A stretch of 64,000 nucleotides of DNA from Acetobacter sp. (GCA_047719095.1 JBDNSL010000002.1:10909-74908); one strand, 5' to 3'; shown: positions 1-10,279, counted from the stretch's first letter. Translations and numbers: made by a program. The notes: a model not told the origin generated them from the sequence alone.

Positions 1-414
1 GTTGGTGTTAAGGGGCGCAGGACTGTGTTTGCCTCCACCTTGGGCGGTCAGGCCTATACCCGGCAGGGAGTTGCGTTGGAAGGGGCTGAAATGTCCTGCA
101 CATCGCCCGAGATGCTTGAACTGGCCCCAAATGATAACTGGAAGCTGCTCAAGCAGCAGGCCCGCCGCATGACATGGGGGGGGGACTGTTATGCGTATGG
201 GCTGCTTGCCCTTGGCCAGATCGACCTGATTGCCGAGTGTGACATGAACCCGTGGGACTGGGGGGCGCTGGTTCCCATCGTGCAAGGTGCCGGTGGCGTG
301 ATGAGCGCATGGGATGGCTCCCCCCTGCGGATGGATGGAGACCGCACGGTTCTGGCCGCAGGCTCGACCACCCTGCACCGTGAAGCAGTCGCGGTTTTGC
401 GCACGGGTCAATAA
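1..414 (+). CDS. hisN: Histidinol-phosphate phosphatase / inositol monophosphatase family (5'-truncated by window edge)
   Basis: Frame open from base 1; WGGDCYAYGLLALG and NPWDWGALVPIV motifs typical of HisN-type IMPases. Confidence 0.8.
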   Translation, partial: VGVKGRRTVFASTLGGQAYTRQGVALEGAEMSCTSPEMLELAPNDNWKLLKQQARRMTWGGDCYAYGLLALGQIDLIAECDMNPWDWGALVPIVQGAGGVMSAWDGSPLRMDGDRTVLAAGSTTLHREAVAVLRTGQ

Positions 415-518
415 GATTTATTAAGGGCATTCTCGGCAAATTTGGGGCCTCAGGCTATGCATTGCCCCCATTTTGCGATAGGTCTGCGCTTCGGTACAAC
501 AGCGATGGTCAGTCCAAT

Positions 519-1778
519 ATGAGCACGAGCACGCACCTGTCCCTCTCCAAGGACAAGATCCGTATTCTTCTGCTGGAGGGTATCCACGATAGTGCCGTCG
601 CCCTTCTGAAAGCCTGTGGTTACGAGAATGTCGTACGCCATAAAGGGGCTCTTGAAGGCGATGCGCTCAAACAGGCGCTTGAAGGCGTGCATATTGTTGG
701 CATCCGCTCCCGCACACAGTTGACCAAAGAGGTCATTGAAGGTGCAGATCGCCTGATGGCCATCGGGTGTTTTTGCATTGGCACCAATCAGGTTGATCTG
801 GAAACTGCACGCCTGAACGGGATCCCCGTTTTTAACGCACCGTATAGCAACACACGCTCGGTGGCCGAACTGGTCATGGGCGAAATTGTTATGCTGATGC
901 GCCGCATTTTCCCCCGTTCGGTGGAGTGCCACGCAGGTGCATGGACCAAGTCGGCCGCCAATAGCTGGGAAGTGCGTGGCAAAACCCTTGGTATTGTTGG
1001 TTACGGCTCCATTGGTTCGCAGCTTTCTGTGCTGGCCGAAGCCTTTGGCATGCGCGTGTCCTATTACGATGTGGTGGACAAACTCGGCCACGGCAACGCC
1101 ATGCCGGTGGACTCACTGGATGACCTGCTGGCCCAGAGTGATGTGGTCAGCCTGCATGTTCCCCAGTTGCCGACCACCGCAAACCTGATGGGTGCCGAGC
1201 AGATTGCCAAGATGAAGAAGGGCTCCTTCCTCATTAACAATGCTCGTGGCAATGTTGTGGACCTGGACGCTCTGGCCAAGGCGCTGGAAAGTGGCCACCT
1301 GCTGGGTGCAGCCATTGACGTGTATCCCAAGGAGCCAAAAGGTCCGGGGGATCTGCTTTCCACCCCGATCATGGGGCTGGATAACGTTATCCTGACCCCC
1401 CATATCGGTGGTTCCACTGCCGAAGCGCAGGAACGTATTGGTGTGGAAGTGGCCCGCAAGCTGGTGGAATATTCGGACGTGGGTTCCACGTTCGGGTCCG
1501 TCAACTTCCCCGGCGTGCAGTTGCCACAAAGCCCGCGCGGTACGCGTTTCATGCATGCACACCATAACATCCCCGGTGTTATGATGAAGCTGAATGAAAT
1601 TTTCCTGCGTGAAACCTGCAATGTTACCGCCCAGTTCCTCCAGACCGATGGAGAAATTGGCTACGTGGTGATTGAGGCAGATACAGGAGGCGATACCGAA
1701 CTGGATGATCGTCTGCTCAAGGCCCTGCGTGAACTGGACGGCACTGTGCGTGCCCGCCTGATTTACAAAGGCCGCTAA
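519..1778 (+). CDS. serA: D-3-phosphoglycerate dehydrogenase
   Basis: GIRSRT, CFCIGTNQVD, GYGSIG Rossmann motif, TPHIGGST, C-terminal ACT domain; start taken at MSTSTH. Confidence 0.95.
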   Translation: MSTSTHLSLSKDKIRILLLEGIHDSAVALLKACGYENVVRHKGALEGDALKQALEGVHIVGIRSRTQLTKEVIEGADRLMAIGCFCIGTNQVDLETARLNGIPVFNAPYSNTRSVAELVMGEIVMLMRRIFPRSVECHAGAWTKSAANSWEVRGKTLGIVGYGSIGSQLSVLAEAFGMRVSYYDVVDKLGHGNAMPVDSLDDLLAQSDVVSLHVPQLPTTANLMGAEQIAKMKKGSFLINNARGNVVDLDALAKALESGHLLGAAIDVYPKEPKGPGDLLSTPIMGLDNVILTPHIGGSTAEAQERIGVEVARKLVEYSDVGSTFGSVNFPGVQLPQSPRGTRFMHAHHNIPGVMMKLNEIFLRETCNVTAQFLQTDGEIGYVVIEADTGGDTELDDRLLKALRELDGTVRARLIYKGR

Positions 1779-1801
1779 GCAATGAACTGCGGAGAGCGGG
1801 A

Positions 1802-3295
1802 ATGATTTATTCCCGCATCCGCAGCTTTGCGTTTTCGGGTATCGAGGCAAGGCCCGTCTGGGTTGAAGTGCAGATATCCGCCGGTTTGCCCGCATTTCTG
1901 GTTGTGGGCCTGCCAGACAAGGCCGTGGCTGAAGCGCGTGAGCGCGTACGTGCCGCCTTGACCGCCATAGGGTTAGCGCTCCCTGCAAAGCGTATTGTTG
2001 TTAATCTTGTGCCTGCGGACCTCCCCAAGGAAGGCTCGCATTTTGACCTGCCCATAGCACTGGCCCTGCTTGCCGCCATGGGGGTGATCCCCGCTGAAGA
2101 GGTGGGCCGATACGCAGCCCTTGGCGAACTCTCGCTTGACGGGCGGCTTAACCCGGTTTCTGGCGTGCTTTCAGCATCGCTTGAGGCGGCATCCATGGAG
2201 TTGGGGCTGGTCTGCCCGGCCCATCAGGGGGAAGAAGCTCTGTGTGGGGGCGATATCGCCATTCTGGCGGCCCCGGACCTTCTGGCGCTGATCAACCATT
2301 TTACCGGGTTGCAAATCCTTTCCAGCCCCGTGTTTTCCAATACGTCCACCCTCCCCGATACGCCCGAGCCGGATCTGGCGGATGTCAGGGGCATGGAAAC
2401 GGGACGCCGCGCCTTGGAAATTGCCGCAGCTGGCGGGCACTCTCTTTTGCTCTGCGGCCCGCCGGGGGCAGGTAAATCCATGCTTGCCGCACGGTTGCGT
2501 GGCCTGCTGCCAGATTTGCGGGCCTCGGAAAGTCTGGCTGTCTCACGTATTTATAGCGTTGCGGGGTTGTTGCGTGATGGCAGGCCCATGCGCCGCCCCC
2601 CTTTCCGGGAGCCTCATCATTCCGCCAGCCTGCCTGCGCTGGTGGGCGGTGGAGCGCGCGCGCGGCCCGGAGAGATCAGTCTGGCGCACCATGGTGTGCT
2701 GTTCTTGGATGAGTTACCCGAGTTCTCACGCGCAGCACTGGAGGCTTTACGCCAGCCGTTAGAGACCGGGCAGGTCAGTATTGCGCGCGCCGCTGTGCAC
2801 GTAACCTACCCTGCCCGCTTCCAGCTTATTGCCGCCATGAATCCCTGCCGCTGTGGCTACATGGGTGATGCTACGCGGGAATGCAGCAAGGCGCCCCGCT
2901 GTGGGGCGGATTATCTGGCCCGTCTGTCTGGCCCGCTTATGGACCGTATTGACCTGCATGTGGCCATGCAGCCCTACGAACCCATTGGCTATATGACACA
3001 GGCGGAAGGCGAGACTACTGCAACGGTTGCCCAGCGTGTTGCCCAGGCCAGAGCGCGGCAGGCACACCGGCAGGGTGTGCAGAACAATGCCGAGGCTCCG
3101 CTTAACAGTCTTGCCCTAACAGGCAAGGCGCAGGAACTGGCGCAGGCTATAGCCGAACGGTTTCGTTTTTCCGCGCGGGGGTATACCCGCCTGCTACGGG
3201 TGGCCAGAAGCATTGCCGATCTGGCCGAAGCACCGGAGGTGGAACCTCAGCACATAGCCGAGGCTGCCACATTCCGTGCCCGCAGTGCTCCGTAG
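1802..3295 (+). CDS. comM: YifB/ComM family Mg-chelatase-like AAA+ ATPase
   Basis: VGLPDKAVAEARERV, KEGSHFDLPIA, GPPGAGKSMLA, GEISLAHHGVLFLDE, AAMNPCRCG. Confidence 0.92.
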   Translation: MIYSRIRSFAFSGIEARPVWVEVQISAGLPAFLVVGLPDKAVAEARERVRAALTAIGLALPAKRIVVNLVPADLPKEGSHFDLPIALALLAAMGVIPAEEVGRYAALGELSLDGRLNPVSGVLSASLEAASMELGLVCPAHQGEEALCGGDIAILAAPDLLALINHFTGLQILSSPVFSNTSTLPDTPEPDLADVRGMETGRRALEIAAAGGHSLLLCGPPGAGKSMLAARLRGLLPDLRASESLAVSRIYSVAGLLRDGRPMRRPPFREPHHSASLPALVGGGARARPGEISLAHHGVLFLDELPEFSRAALEALRQPLETGQVSIARAAVHVTYPARFQLIAAMNPCRCGYMGDATRECSKAPRCGADYLARLSGPLMDRIDLHVAMQPYEPIGYMTQAEGETTATVAQRVAQARARQAHRQGVQNNAEAPLNSLALTGKAQELAQAIAERFRFSARGYTRLLRVARSIADLAEAPEVEPQHIAEAATFRARSAP

Positions 3296-3299
3296 GCTC

Positions 3300-4511
3300 T
3301 TAGGGTGTGTGGTGCAGGGCGGTAAAAGCCTGCTCCAGATCGGCAATAAGGTCCTGTGCATTTTCCAGCCCGATCTGGAGCCGCAATGCGGGGGCGTCGG
3401 GTTGGTCGGTGCCAAAGCTGCGGGTTATGCCGCCTGAGGTTGGCAGCACCAGACTTTCGTAGCCCCCCCATGAAGCCCCAATGCCAAACAGGCGCATGGC
3501 ATTGATCATACGGTCCATGTTCTGGCGGGTGTATGTGCTGTTCAGCACCACGCCAAACAGGCTGCCTGCGCCTGTAAAGTCGCGTTTCCAGTAGCTATGG
3601 CCGGGGCAGTCCGGTAGTGCGGGGTGCAGGACCTGCGCTACTTCGGGGCGGTCATTCAGCCATGTTGCAATCTGTAGGGCCGTGCGCGACTGTTGCGCCA
3701 GACGGACCCCCATTGTGCGTAGGCCGCGCAGGGTTAGCCAGCACTCATCTGGCCCGGCAACCTGACCGAGTTGGATAGATGCGTCACGCAGGATATGCCA
3801 GCTTGCCTGATCGGCCACGGTTATGGCCCCGGCTATAACGTCTGAATGGCCGGACGGGTATTTGGTCAGGGCCTGAATGGATACGTCCACGCCATGTTCA
3901 AACGGGGCAAAAATGCCAAAGCCCCATGTGTTATCAAGGAATAGCCGTGCACCGTGCCCATGGGCCACATCGGCCAGCATGGGAATGTCCTGCACTTCAA
4001 AAGTATGGCTGCCCGGGCTTTCGGTAAAAATTATGCGGGTGTTGGGCTGGACAAGACCTTCCACCTCGGACCGGCTGGCGCAGGGGGGGAAGTAGGAAAT
4101 CTCCACACCAAAACGCCGGAGCATATTTTCAGCAAAGCGGCGGGTTGGGCCATATACACTGTCAGCCAGCAGGCAGTGATCCCCTGCCTTTAAAAAAGCA
4201 AGTAATGGCGTGGTGCAGGCAGCAAGGCCGGAGCTGACAATCTGGCAGTCCGTCCCCCCTTCTATGTTGGCAATCAGCTTTTCCAACTCGTGCTGGGTGG
4301 GGGACCCCATGGCGCCGTAAATGCTGGTGTGGTCATAGCGCTCCAGCCCCTTGCGGTTCATGCTCTGGAGGGAGGGAAAGAGCACGGTGGAGCCACGCTC
4401 CAGTGGCGGGTTGACGTAAGTCCCCCCTTCAGGGGCCGTAGCCCTGCCTGCATGGGTCAGGGTTGTGCCAAGCTTTTGCCACCCGGCATCCACACTGCGG
4501 CGATCAGTCAT
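3300..4511 (-). CDS. metC: Cystathionine beta-lyase
   Basis: VNPP..RGSTVLF, ESPGSHTFE, DNTW, ALTKYPSGHSD (PLP lysine), GASWGGYESL. Confidence 0.9.
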   Translation of the reverse strand: MTDRRSVDAGWQKLGTTLTHAGRATAPEGGTYVNPPLERGSTVLFPSLQSMNRKGLERYDHTSIYGAMGSPTQHELEKLIANIEGGTDCQIVSSGLAACTTPLLAFLKAGDHCLLADSVYGPTRRFAENMLRRFGVEISYFPPCASRSEVEGLVQPNTRIIFTESPGSHTFEVQDIPMLADVAHGHGARLFLDNTWGFGIFAPFEHGVDVSIQALTKYPSGHSDVIAGAITVADQASWHILRDASIQLGQVAGPDECWLTLRGLRTMGVRLAQQSRTALQIATWLNDRPEVAQVLHPALPDCPGHSYWKRDFTGAGSLFGVVLNSTYTRQNMDRMINAMRLFGIGASWGGYESLVLPTSGGITRSFGTDQPDAPALRLQIGLENAQDLIADLEQAFTALHHTP

Positions 4512-5355
4512 GTGTTGCATCCGTTGTAATGGGGGTGTTGGGTGTGCTGCCCCATTCGGCCCAGGAGCCATCATACAGGGCGTTGGAGGTAAAACCCGCC
4601 AGTTCCAGTGCCACGTTCAGCACGGCGGCGGTCATGCCGGAACCGCAAGTGGTTATGGGGTGGGTAGTGGCAGAGACCCCTTCACGCAAAAACAGGCTTT
4701 CCAACTGGGCGGGGGGGAGGAAAAGGCCGTTGTCACCCAGAACGCTCTTGTAGGGCATGTTGCGCGCACCTGGCATATGGCCGGATTTTACACCTGCGCG
4801 GGGTTCGGGGGCCGTGCCATAAAAGCGCGCAGCACTGCGGGCATCCAGTATGGGCCGGTTTTGCAGACGAATGTGTTCAAGCATATCTCCCAGCCCAGCA
4901 ATGCGGGAGTATTCCGTTCTGGGGTGGTAGGTCTGCGGTGTGTGTTCGGCCCCTGCTCCGTGCTCAACGGGGAGGTGGTTCTGCTGCCATGCAGCAAGCC
5001 CCCCGTGAAGGATCTGGGTTTTTTCGTGTCCAAACAGTTTAGTCATCCACCATGCCCGGCAGGCGGAAGCAACATTGCCCTGATCGTAAAAAACCACATG
5101 GGTCTGGGGTGTAATGCCCAGCGCGCCAAACAGGTGTGCAAAGCGCGCGGCGGAGGGCGCTGTATGGGGCAAGGTGCTTTGTGGGTCGGAAAAAATGTCG
5201 ATATCAAAATACTGGCTGCCAGGAATATGGCAGGCATCAAATTTTTCTCGTGGGTTGAATGTCTCTCCGGGCAGGAGGGTTGTGGCATCCAGAAAACGGA
5301 TGGAGGCATCTTTGGCCAGAATGTGTAGATAATCGCCAGAAACAAGAGGAGACAT
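4504..5355 (-). CDS. sseA: 3-mercaptopyruvate sulfurtransferase (two rhodanese domains)
   Basis: HIPG, RAWWM, DARSAARF, GHMPGA, active site CGSGMTA, LYDGSWAEW. Confidence 0.9.
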   Translation of the reverse strand: MSPLVSGDYLHILAKDASIRFLDATTLLPGETFNPREKFDACHIPGSQYFDIDIFSDPQSTLPHTAPSAARFAHLFGALGITPQTHVVFYDQGNVASACRAWWMTKLFGHEKTQILHGGLAAWQQNHLPVEHGAGAEHTPQTYHPRTEYSRIAGLGDMLEHIRLQNRPILDARSAARFYGTAPEPRAGVKSGHMPGARNMPYKSVLGDNGLFLPPAQLESLFLREGVSATTHPITTCGSGMTAAVLNVALELAGFTSNALYDGSWAEWGSTPNTPITTDATHD

Positions 5356-5574
5356 AACCAGAAGCCCCATAAGGTTTTTTAGAGTTGTTTACTTACGATC
5401 ACATAGTCCGTGGCAACTGGCAAACGGGTTTATGGCAATGCCCGTGGGCTAACACAGAGCCTTTATCGGAACCGACTGGAAAGTCGGGGCGGAATGCGCC
5501 ATACCATAAACCTGATACGCCGCGTTCTTGTCGGGAACACACAAAATTAAGGCGTTCCGTGGTTTGTTACGCGC

Positions 5575-6663
5575 ATGACAGATGGTCACACATTGACGGC
5601 TGAACGTATTCTCCGGTTTTTATTGCTGGTAGGGATCGCATACGGTTGCATAGCCGTACTGGTGCCCTTTTCCTCCGCGCTGCTCTGGGCGGGCGTGCTG
5701 ACCTATACCACATGGCCTCTCTTCCAGTATCTGCGGCGCAGTATGGGGGCCAATGCCGCCAGCCTGATCATGACCGTGCTGTGTGCTGTTTGCGTGGTTC
5801 TCCCCATTGCACTTCTGGCATCGGCCTGTGTGGCTTCGGGGCCGCGTTGGGCGCTCCAGCTGACAACTCTGTTCGGGCAGGTCAACCAGTTGCCCCCCCT
5901 GCCCCACTGGCTGGATAACCTGCCTGTTTTTGGGCCTGATATCCACCGCCGTTGGGCATTGTGGAGCCATAACCTTGAACTGGCCGCCGCCGAACTGCGG
6001 CCCTACGCAGGTGGGATTATCCAGTCGGTTCTGAGTGTGCTGATGCAGATGGCCAATGGCGCGCTGCACCTTGTGACAGCCCTGTTCATTTCCTTCTTCT
6101 TCTGGATTAGTGGGTCCATCCTGTGGGACACGTTGCAGGCTGTTATTTTACGCATTGCCGGGCCGCAGGCCGGGCGGCACCTGTCCATTATTGCCAGCAC
6201 GGTCCGTGGCACGGTTTATGGTATTCTGGGTACCGCTATCATTCAGGGTATTCTTACCGGGTTGGGGCTATGGATGTTTGGTGTGGCCGAGCCGGTTATT
6301 CTGGGCGGGATTGCGGCTTTTCTGGCGGTGTTCCCCGTTGGTGCGCCCTTGGTGTGGATCCCTGCGGCCATATGGCTGTTTGTCACGCACCATCAGCTCA
6401 AAGGGGTTCTGCTTATCCTGTATGGCGTGATCTTTATTTCCGGCGCGGATCATCTGATCCGTCCGTTGTTTATCGCGCGTGGGTCAAAGCTGCCGTATCT
6501 GCTGACTGTGCTGGGGGTTATTGGCGGGCTGCTGGCATTTGGTGGTGTGGGGATTTTTCTGGGGCCGGTTCTTCTCGCCATTGGTTTTACGCTGACCATG
6601 GAATTCGCGCAGGGTGAACCCGCACGGCCTGCATTGGATGAAACAAGGAATATAGCCCCATGA
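5575..6663 (+). CDS. AI-2E family transporter
   Basis: Multi-TM protein with DHLIRP and GVIGGLLAFGGVGIFLGPV signature. Confidence 0.88.
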   Translation: MTDGHTLTAERILRFLLLVGIAYGCIAVLVPFSSALLWAGVLTYTTWPLFQYLRRSMGANAASLIMTVLCAVCVVLPIALLASACVASGPRWALQLTTLFGQVNQLPPLPHWLDNLPVFGPDIHRRWALWSHNLELAAAELRPYAGGIIQSVLSVLMQMANGALHLVTALFISFFFWISGSILWDTLQAVILRIAGPQAGRHLSIIASTVRGTVYGILGTAIIQGILTGLGLWMFGVAEPVILGGIAAFLAVFPVGAPLVWIPAAIWLFVTHHQLKGVLLILYGVIFISGADHLIRPLFIARGSKLPYLLTVLGVIGGLLAFGGVGIFLGPVLLAIGFTLTMEFAQGEPARPALDETRNIAP

Positions 6664-7367
6664 AGCGCCGTCTGGCCCGGTTTGTTGAGCTTGCATCCAA
6701 GGGGCGGCGTAGGCCCTCTGTCGCTAATGATGCGCCGGGGGTTAAGGTTATCAGTTGGAACCTGCTGCGCCGCACGGGTGCGACAGTGCATGATGTGGTC
6801 GCCCTGATAGAGGCCGAACAGCCGGATATTCTGCTTATGCAGGAAGCTACGGTGGAAATAGATGTGCTGCCAGAGGTTATTGGCGGGCACTATGCCCGCT
6901 CTCCCCTGCCGGGGCGTATTCATGGTGTGGCATGCTGGAGCCGCCTGCCTTTTGCACGGCCACCGCGTGCATGCACCATTCCATCTGGCCCAATTGTCAA
7001 ACGGCACGCCCAGATTATAGATTACGCCCAGTTTTCTCTGGCCAATGTGCATCTCTCCCACGGGCAAATGCTCAATCGTCGGCAGTTGCGGCGGATTGCT
7101 TCCCTGCTGTCCGCTCCTTGCGCCATTTTGGGGGACTTTAATCTGGTAGGGCCAACCCTTGTGCCGGGTTTTGCCGATGTGGGGCCAAAAGCGCCAACAC
7201 ACCGCATGGTTGACCTGCTGCCAATCCGGCTGGACCGCTGCCTTGTGGAAGGCATGGTGTGTTCAGACGCGCGGGTGCTCCCTGTTTTTGCCTCCGACCA
7301 TAGGCCAATTGCTGTAACGCTCCAGCCCGAAATAGGCCGTAAGCCCGCTGTAATGGCTTACAGGTAA
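6660..7367 (+). CDS. Endonuclease/exonuclease/phosphatase (EEP) family protein
   Basis: SWN, LMQE, NVHL, GDFN, LDR and SDHRP motifs. Confidence 0.88.
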   Translation: MKRRLARFVELASKGRRRPSVANDAPGVKVISWNLLRRTGATVHDVVALIEAEQPDILLMQEATVEIDVLPEVIGGHYARSPLPGRIHGVACWSRLPFARPPRACTIPSGPIVKRHAQIIDYAQFSLANVHLSHGQMLNRRQLRRIASLLSAPCAILGDFNLVGPTLVPGFADVGPKAPTHRMVDLLPIRLDRCLVEGMVCSDARVLPVFASDHRPIAVTLQPEIGRKPAVMAYR

Positions 7368-8785
7368 GGCATGAACAGTCTGGCAAAGGAGTCCCGGATA
7401 CGGGTCAGGCTGTTCCTTTTGTCCAGATCATAATGTGTCAGCCTGTGGTTGCGATGCTGGCAGATAAAATCATCCGTAATTTCGGCCATGGTCACATCGT
7501 ATGTTTCCATATTGATTTCAAAATTCAGGCGTAAACTGCGAATATCAAGGTTGGAACTGCCAACAAAAGACCACGCTTTGTCCACCACCATGAGTTTGGA
7601 ATGGTTAAACGGCGGGTTGGCGTGCCAGACCCGTGCACCTGTGTCCAGAAGTGGAGAGACATTGGCAGCACAGGCCCAGTCCAGCGGACGGTGATTACTG
7701 CGTAGGGGAATAATAATATCCACCTGCACACCACGCAGGGCGGCCAGCCCCAGTTCTGATAAAAACCGTGCACCGGGCAGAAAATACGGTGTCATTAACC
7801 GTATGCTCTTGCGTGAGAGCGTTATGGCCTGAAGCATGGTGTATTCGATTTTTTCCAGGTCCGTGTCCGGACCCGCCGTAACTATGCGTGCAAGTGACGT
7901 GCCCTTGCCTGCATGCTCTTGCAAAAAGAGGTCCCGGTTTAACCGCTCTCCTGTTGTAAAATACCAATCCCACGCAGCCACCTGTGCGAGTTGATGCACA
8001 ACCGGCCCCTCAACCTGGAAATGTGTGTCGGACACGGGGTTGGGCGGATTGCGTGCGACCAGATTATTGTCGGCAATATTCAGCCCCCCCATAAAGCCAA
8101 TGCTGCCATCAACAACCAGAATTTTGCGGTGGTTCCGCAAGTTCAGAAAAGGCATTCGCCACGGTAGAAGCGAGTGCATGAAGCGTGCGCATGGAACCCC
8201 TTCGCGCCGGAGGTAACGGTATATGGGGGACAAAAAATAACCGCTGCCAATGCCATCAACCAGCACCCGCACGTTTACCCCTCTTTTGTGCGCGGCAATC
8301 AGTTTGTCCGCAAAGAGCTGTCCACTGGCGTCATGGCGAAAAATATAGGAGCACAGCAGAATGCTCCGGGTGGCTTTTTCAATGGCATCCAGCATATGTG
8401 GGTAGGCCCCGTCCCCATCATGCAGGCAGGTAATGCTGTTGTTGCCAACAACGGGGCGGGTTGTCAGTTTGCCCACCATAAGTGCTAGTGGCGCAAACTG
8501 CCCATCAAGCTCCCTGTTCCATGAGGACAGGTCTGCCCCCTCCTGCCTGTGGGCGGTTCGGTCTCCAACCAGTTTTTTGGCCAGCCGTGTTACACGGTTT
8601 ATTCCGAACATAAGGTAGAGGATCGTTCCCAAAAATGGCATGAGAACGCATATGCCAATCCACCCGATGGCGGATGACGTATTCCGTTTTGTCAGAAGAA
8701 TATGCAAACTGACACTGGTGACCAAAGTCAGGCGCATACATGCAACAAGCAGAGCTGTTGTGGAAAACTGGAGATCAAAAAGCAT
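7358..8785 (-). CDS. cls: Cardiolipin synthase (phospholipase D family)
   Basis: Two HKD motifs (NHRKILVVD, NHSKLMVVD), N-terminal TM pair, GSSNLDIRSLRLNFE; start uncertain (8785 chosen, up to 8872 possible). Confidence 0.9.
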   Translation of the reverse strand: MLFDLQFSTTALLVACMRLTLVTSVSLHILLTKRNTSSAIGWIGICVLMPFLGTILYLMFGINRVTRLAKKLVGDRTAHRQEGADLSSWNRELDGQFAPLALMVGKLTTRPVVGNNSITCLHDGDGAYPHMLDAIEKATRSILLCSYIFRHDASGQLFADKLIAAHKRGVNVRVLVDGIGSGYFLSPIYRYLRREGVPCARFMHSLLPWRMPFLNLRNHRKILVVDGSIGFMGGLNIADNNLVARNPPNPVSDTHFQVEGPVVHQLAQVAAWDWYFTTGERLNRDLFLQEHAGKGTSLARIVTAGPDTDLEKIEYTMLQAITLSRKSIRLMTPYFLPGARFLSELGLAALRGVQVDIIIPLRSNHRPLDWACAANVSPLLDTGARVWHANPPFNHSKLMVVDKAWSFVGSSNLDIRSLRLNFEINMETYDVTMAEITDDFICQHRNHRLTHYDLDKRNSLTRIRDSFARLFMPYL

Positions 8786-8795
8786 GGTGGAGAGA

Positions 8796-9236
8796 ATGCT
8801 TTCACAACAGGCGGCTGGCGTCCACAACATAGCGCATAAGTGTTCTACGAAGAAGGAGCGGACCACTGCCATAAGGCGGACCAGAGGGGCTGCATCCTAC
8901 CAGAGCGGATTGGCCGCAGAGGAGGCTGTCTGCCAGAAACTACAAAGTGCGGGCTGGCGGATTTTGCTACAAAGAGCGCGAACACGCCGAGGCGAGATTG
9001 ATATTGTTGCGCAAAATGGCGCAATCATCAGTTTTATTGAGGTCAAACAACGCCAGACATTGCGTGGAGCCGCAGAATGCCTGTCTGCCGCGCAATCCAG
9101 AAGGTTGTATAGAGCAGCAGAGTGCCTGCTACAGAGCCATCCGCAATGGCAGTATGATGAACTGCGCTTTGATCTGTTTATGCTGGATGCTCAGGGCCAG
9201 ATGGCATGGCTGGAAGATATTATCCGCCAGATGTAA
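8796..9236 (+). CDS. yraN: YraN family (UPF0102) PD-(D/E)XK-like protein
   Basis: GLAAE, GEIDIVA, FIEVKQR, RFD motifs; start uncertain. Confidence 0.85.
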   Translation: MLSQQAAGVHNIAHKCSTKKERTTAIRRTRGAASYQSGLAAEEAVCQKLQSAGWRILLQRARTRRGEIDIVAQNGAIISFIEVKQRQTLRGAAECLSAAQSRRLYRAAECLLQSHPQWQYDELRFDLFMLDAQGQMAWLEDIIRQM

Positions 9237-9276
9237 ACAGCAACACCACAGGGGGGTAATGTGGGGTAGCCGCTCT

Positions 9277-9585
9277 TCAGGTCCGGTGATGGTGCTTGTT
9301 GCTATGAACCACCGAATGTACTGGCTGGTGGTAGCTGACCAGATGCACCATTTTACCATGCTGGGCAGAAGCCAGAACCACTTTATGCCCACCTGTTGCT
9401 GCGTGATGGAGCGCATGATGAACATGGATAACAGGTGGTGGAGCGGTCAGGGAGGCAAAGGTTAATTTGCTGGCTTCCAGATCGGAAAGAACACGTTCCG
9501 CATGCACTGAAGAACTGGTGGCAATTACGCTCAAGCCAATACCTGCCAGAGCAAAAAGCCCGCGTACAAACGGCACTCGCGTCAT
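9277..9585 (-). CDS. Hypothetical exported His-rich protein
   Basis: Signal-peptide-like N-terminus ending SVHA; His-rich C-terminal half; fills intergenic space co-oriented with grxD. Confidence 0.7.
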   Translation of the reverse strand: MTRVPFVRGLFALAGIGLSVIATSSSVHAERVLSDLEASKLTFASLTAPPPVIHVHHALHHAATGGHKVVLASAQHGKMVHLVSYHQPVHSVVHSNKHHHRT

Positions 9586-9655
9586 TAACCTTAGCCCCCT
9601 GATCTTATGTCTGCCTGAAACTATACAAAGCAATTACAGGCTGACAACCCATAAT

Positions 9656-9994
9656 TCAGGCGGATGCGTTGCAGGCGATGTTTTTTTCCTGCAGCAGTTT
9701 TTGCAGTTCACCGGTCTGGTACATTTCGGTCACAATGTCGCACCCACCAACAAACTCGCCTTTGACGTAAAGCTGGGGAATGGTGGGCCAGTTGGAATAG
9801 TCCTTAATGCCCTGACGCAGCGCGGAATCTGCCAGAACATTGGCCGTTTTGAACGGTACACCAACCTGCTGAAGGATCTGCACAACGCGGGCTGAAAAGC
9901 CACACTGTGGGAAATCAGCATCCCCCTTCATGAAAAGCATGACAGGATTGGAATCAATATCCTGCTGGATGGTCTGCTTGATGGAATCAGTCAT
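9656..9994 (-). CDS. grxD: Monothiol glutaredoxin Grx4
   Basis: LFMKG, PQCGFS, WPTIPQLY, GGCDI. Confidence 0.95.
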   Translation of the reverse strand: MTDSIKQTIQQDIDSNPVMLFMKGDADFPQCGFSARVVQILQQVGVPFKTANVLADSALRQGIKDYSNWPTIPQLYVKGEFVGGCDIVTEMYQTGELQKLLQEKNIACNASA

Positions 9995-10031
9995 GGTCTG
10001 TGGTCCTTGATCGTATGGAAGACGGTCTTGG

Positions 10032-10262
10032 TCAGGGGGCGGACGTATGGAGGGCAAGAGCATGCAGCTTTTCCCCCATATGCCCTTCGAGCGCACTATA
10101 AACGAGCTGATGCTGCCTGACACGAGGAACATCACGGAAGGTCTCGCTTACAATCGAGCAGGAATAGTGATCCCCGTCTCCTGCCAGATCATCAATTTTG
10201 ATCTGGGCGTCGGGGAACGCCTTTACAAGATAGGCTTCAAGTTCTGCGGCAGACATGGCCAT
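10032..10262 (-). CDS. bolA: BolA family protein
   Basis: DLAGDGDHY, RVRQHQLVY, LHALAL; adjacent to grxD. Confidence 0.92.
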   Translation of the reverse strand: MAMSAAELEAYLVKAFPDAQIKIDDLAGDGDHYSCSIVSETFRDVPRVRQHQLVYSALEGHMGEKLHALALHTSAP

Positions 10263-10279
10263 GGTAAAGTGCCTCTTCC

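Noticed and set aside
1779-1801. Possible LexA box upstream of comM (GAAC-TGCGGA-GAGC)
   Set aside because: Spacer is 6 nt rather than 7 and the second half-site mismatches
6660-8785. EEP protein plus PLD-family gene as a nuclease defence pair
   Set aside because: The PLD protein is a typical membrane cardiolipin synthase, and EEP-cls linkage is a known housekeeping association
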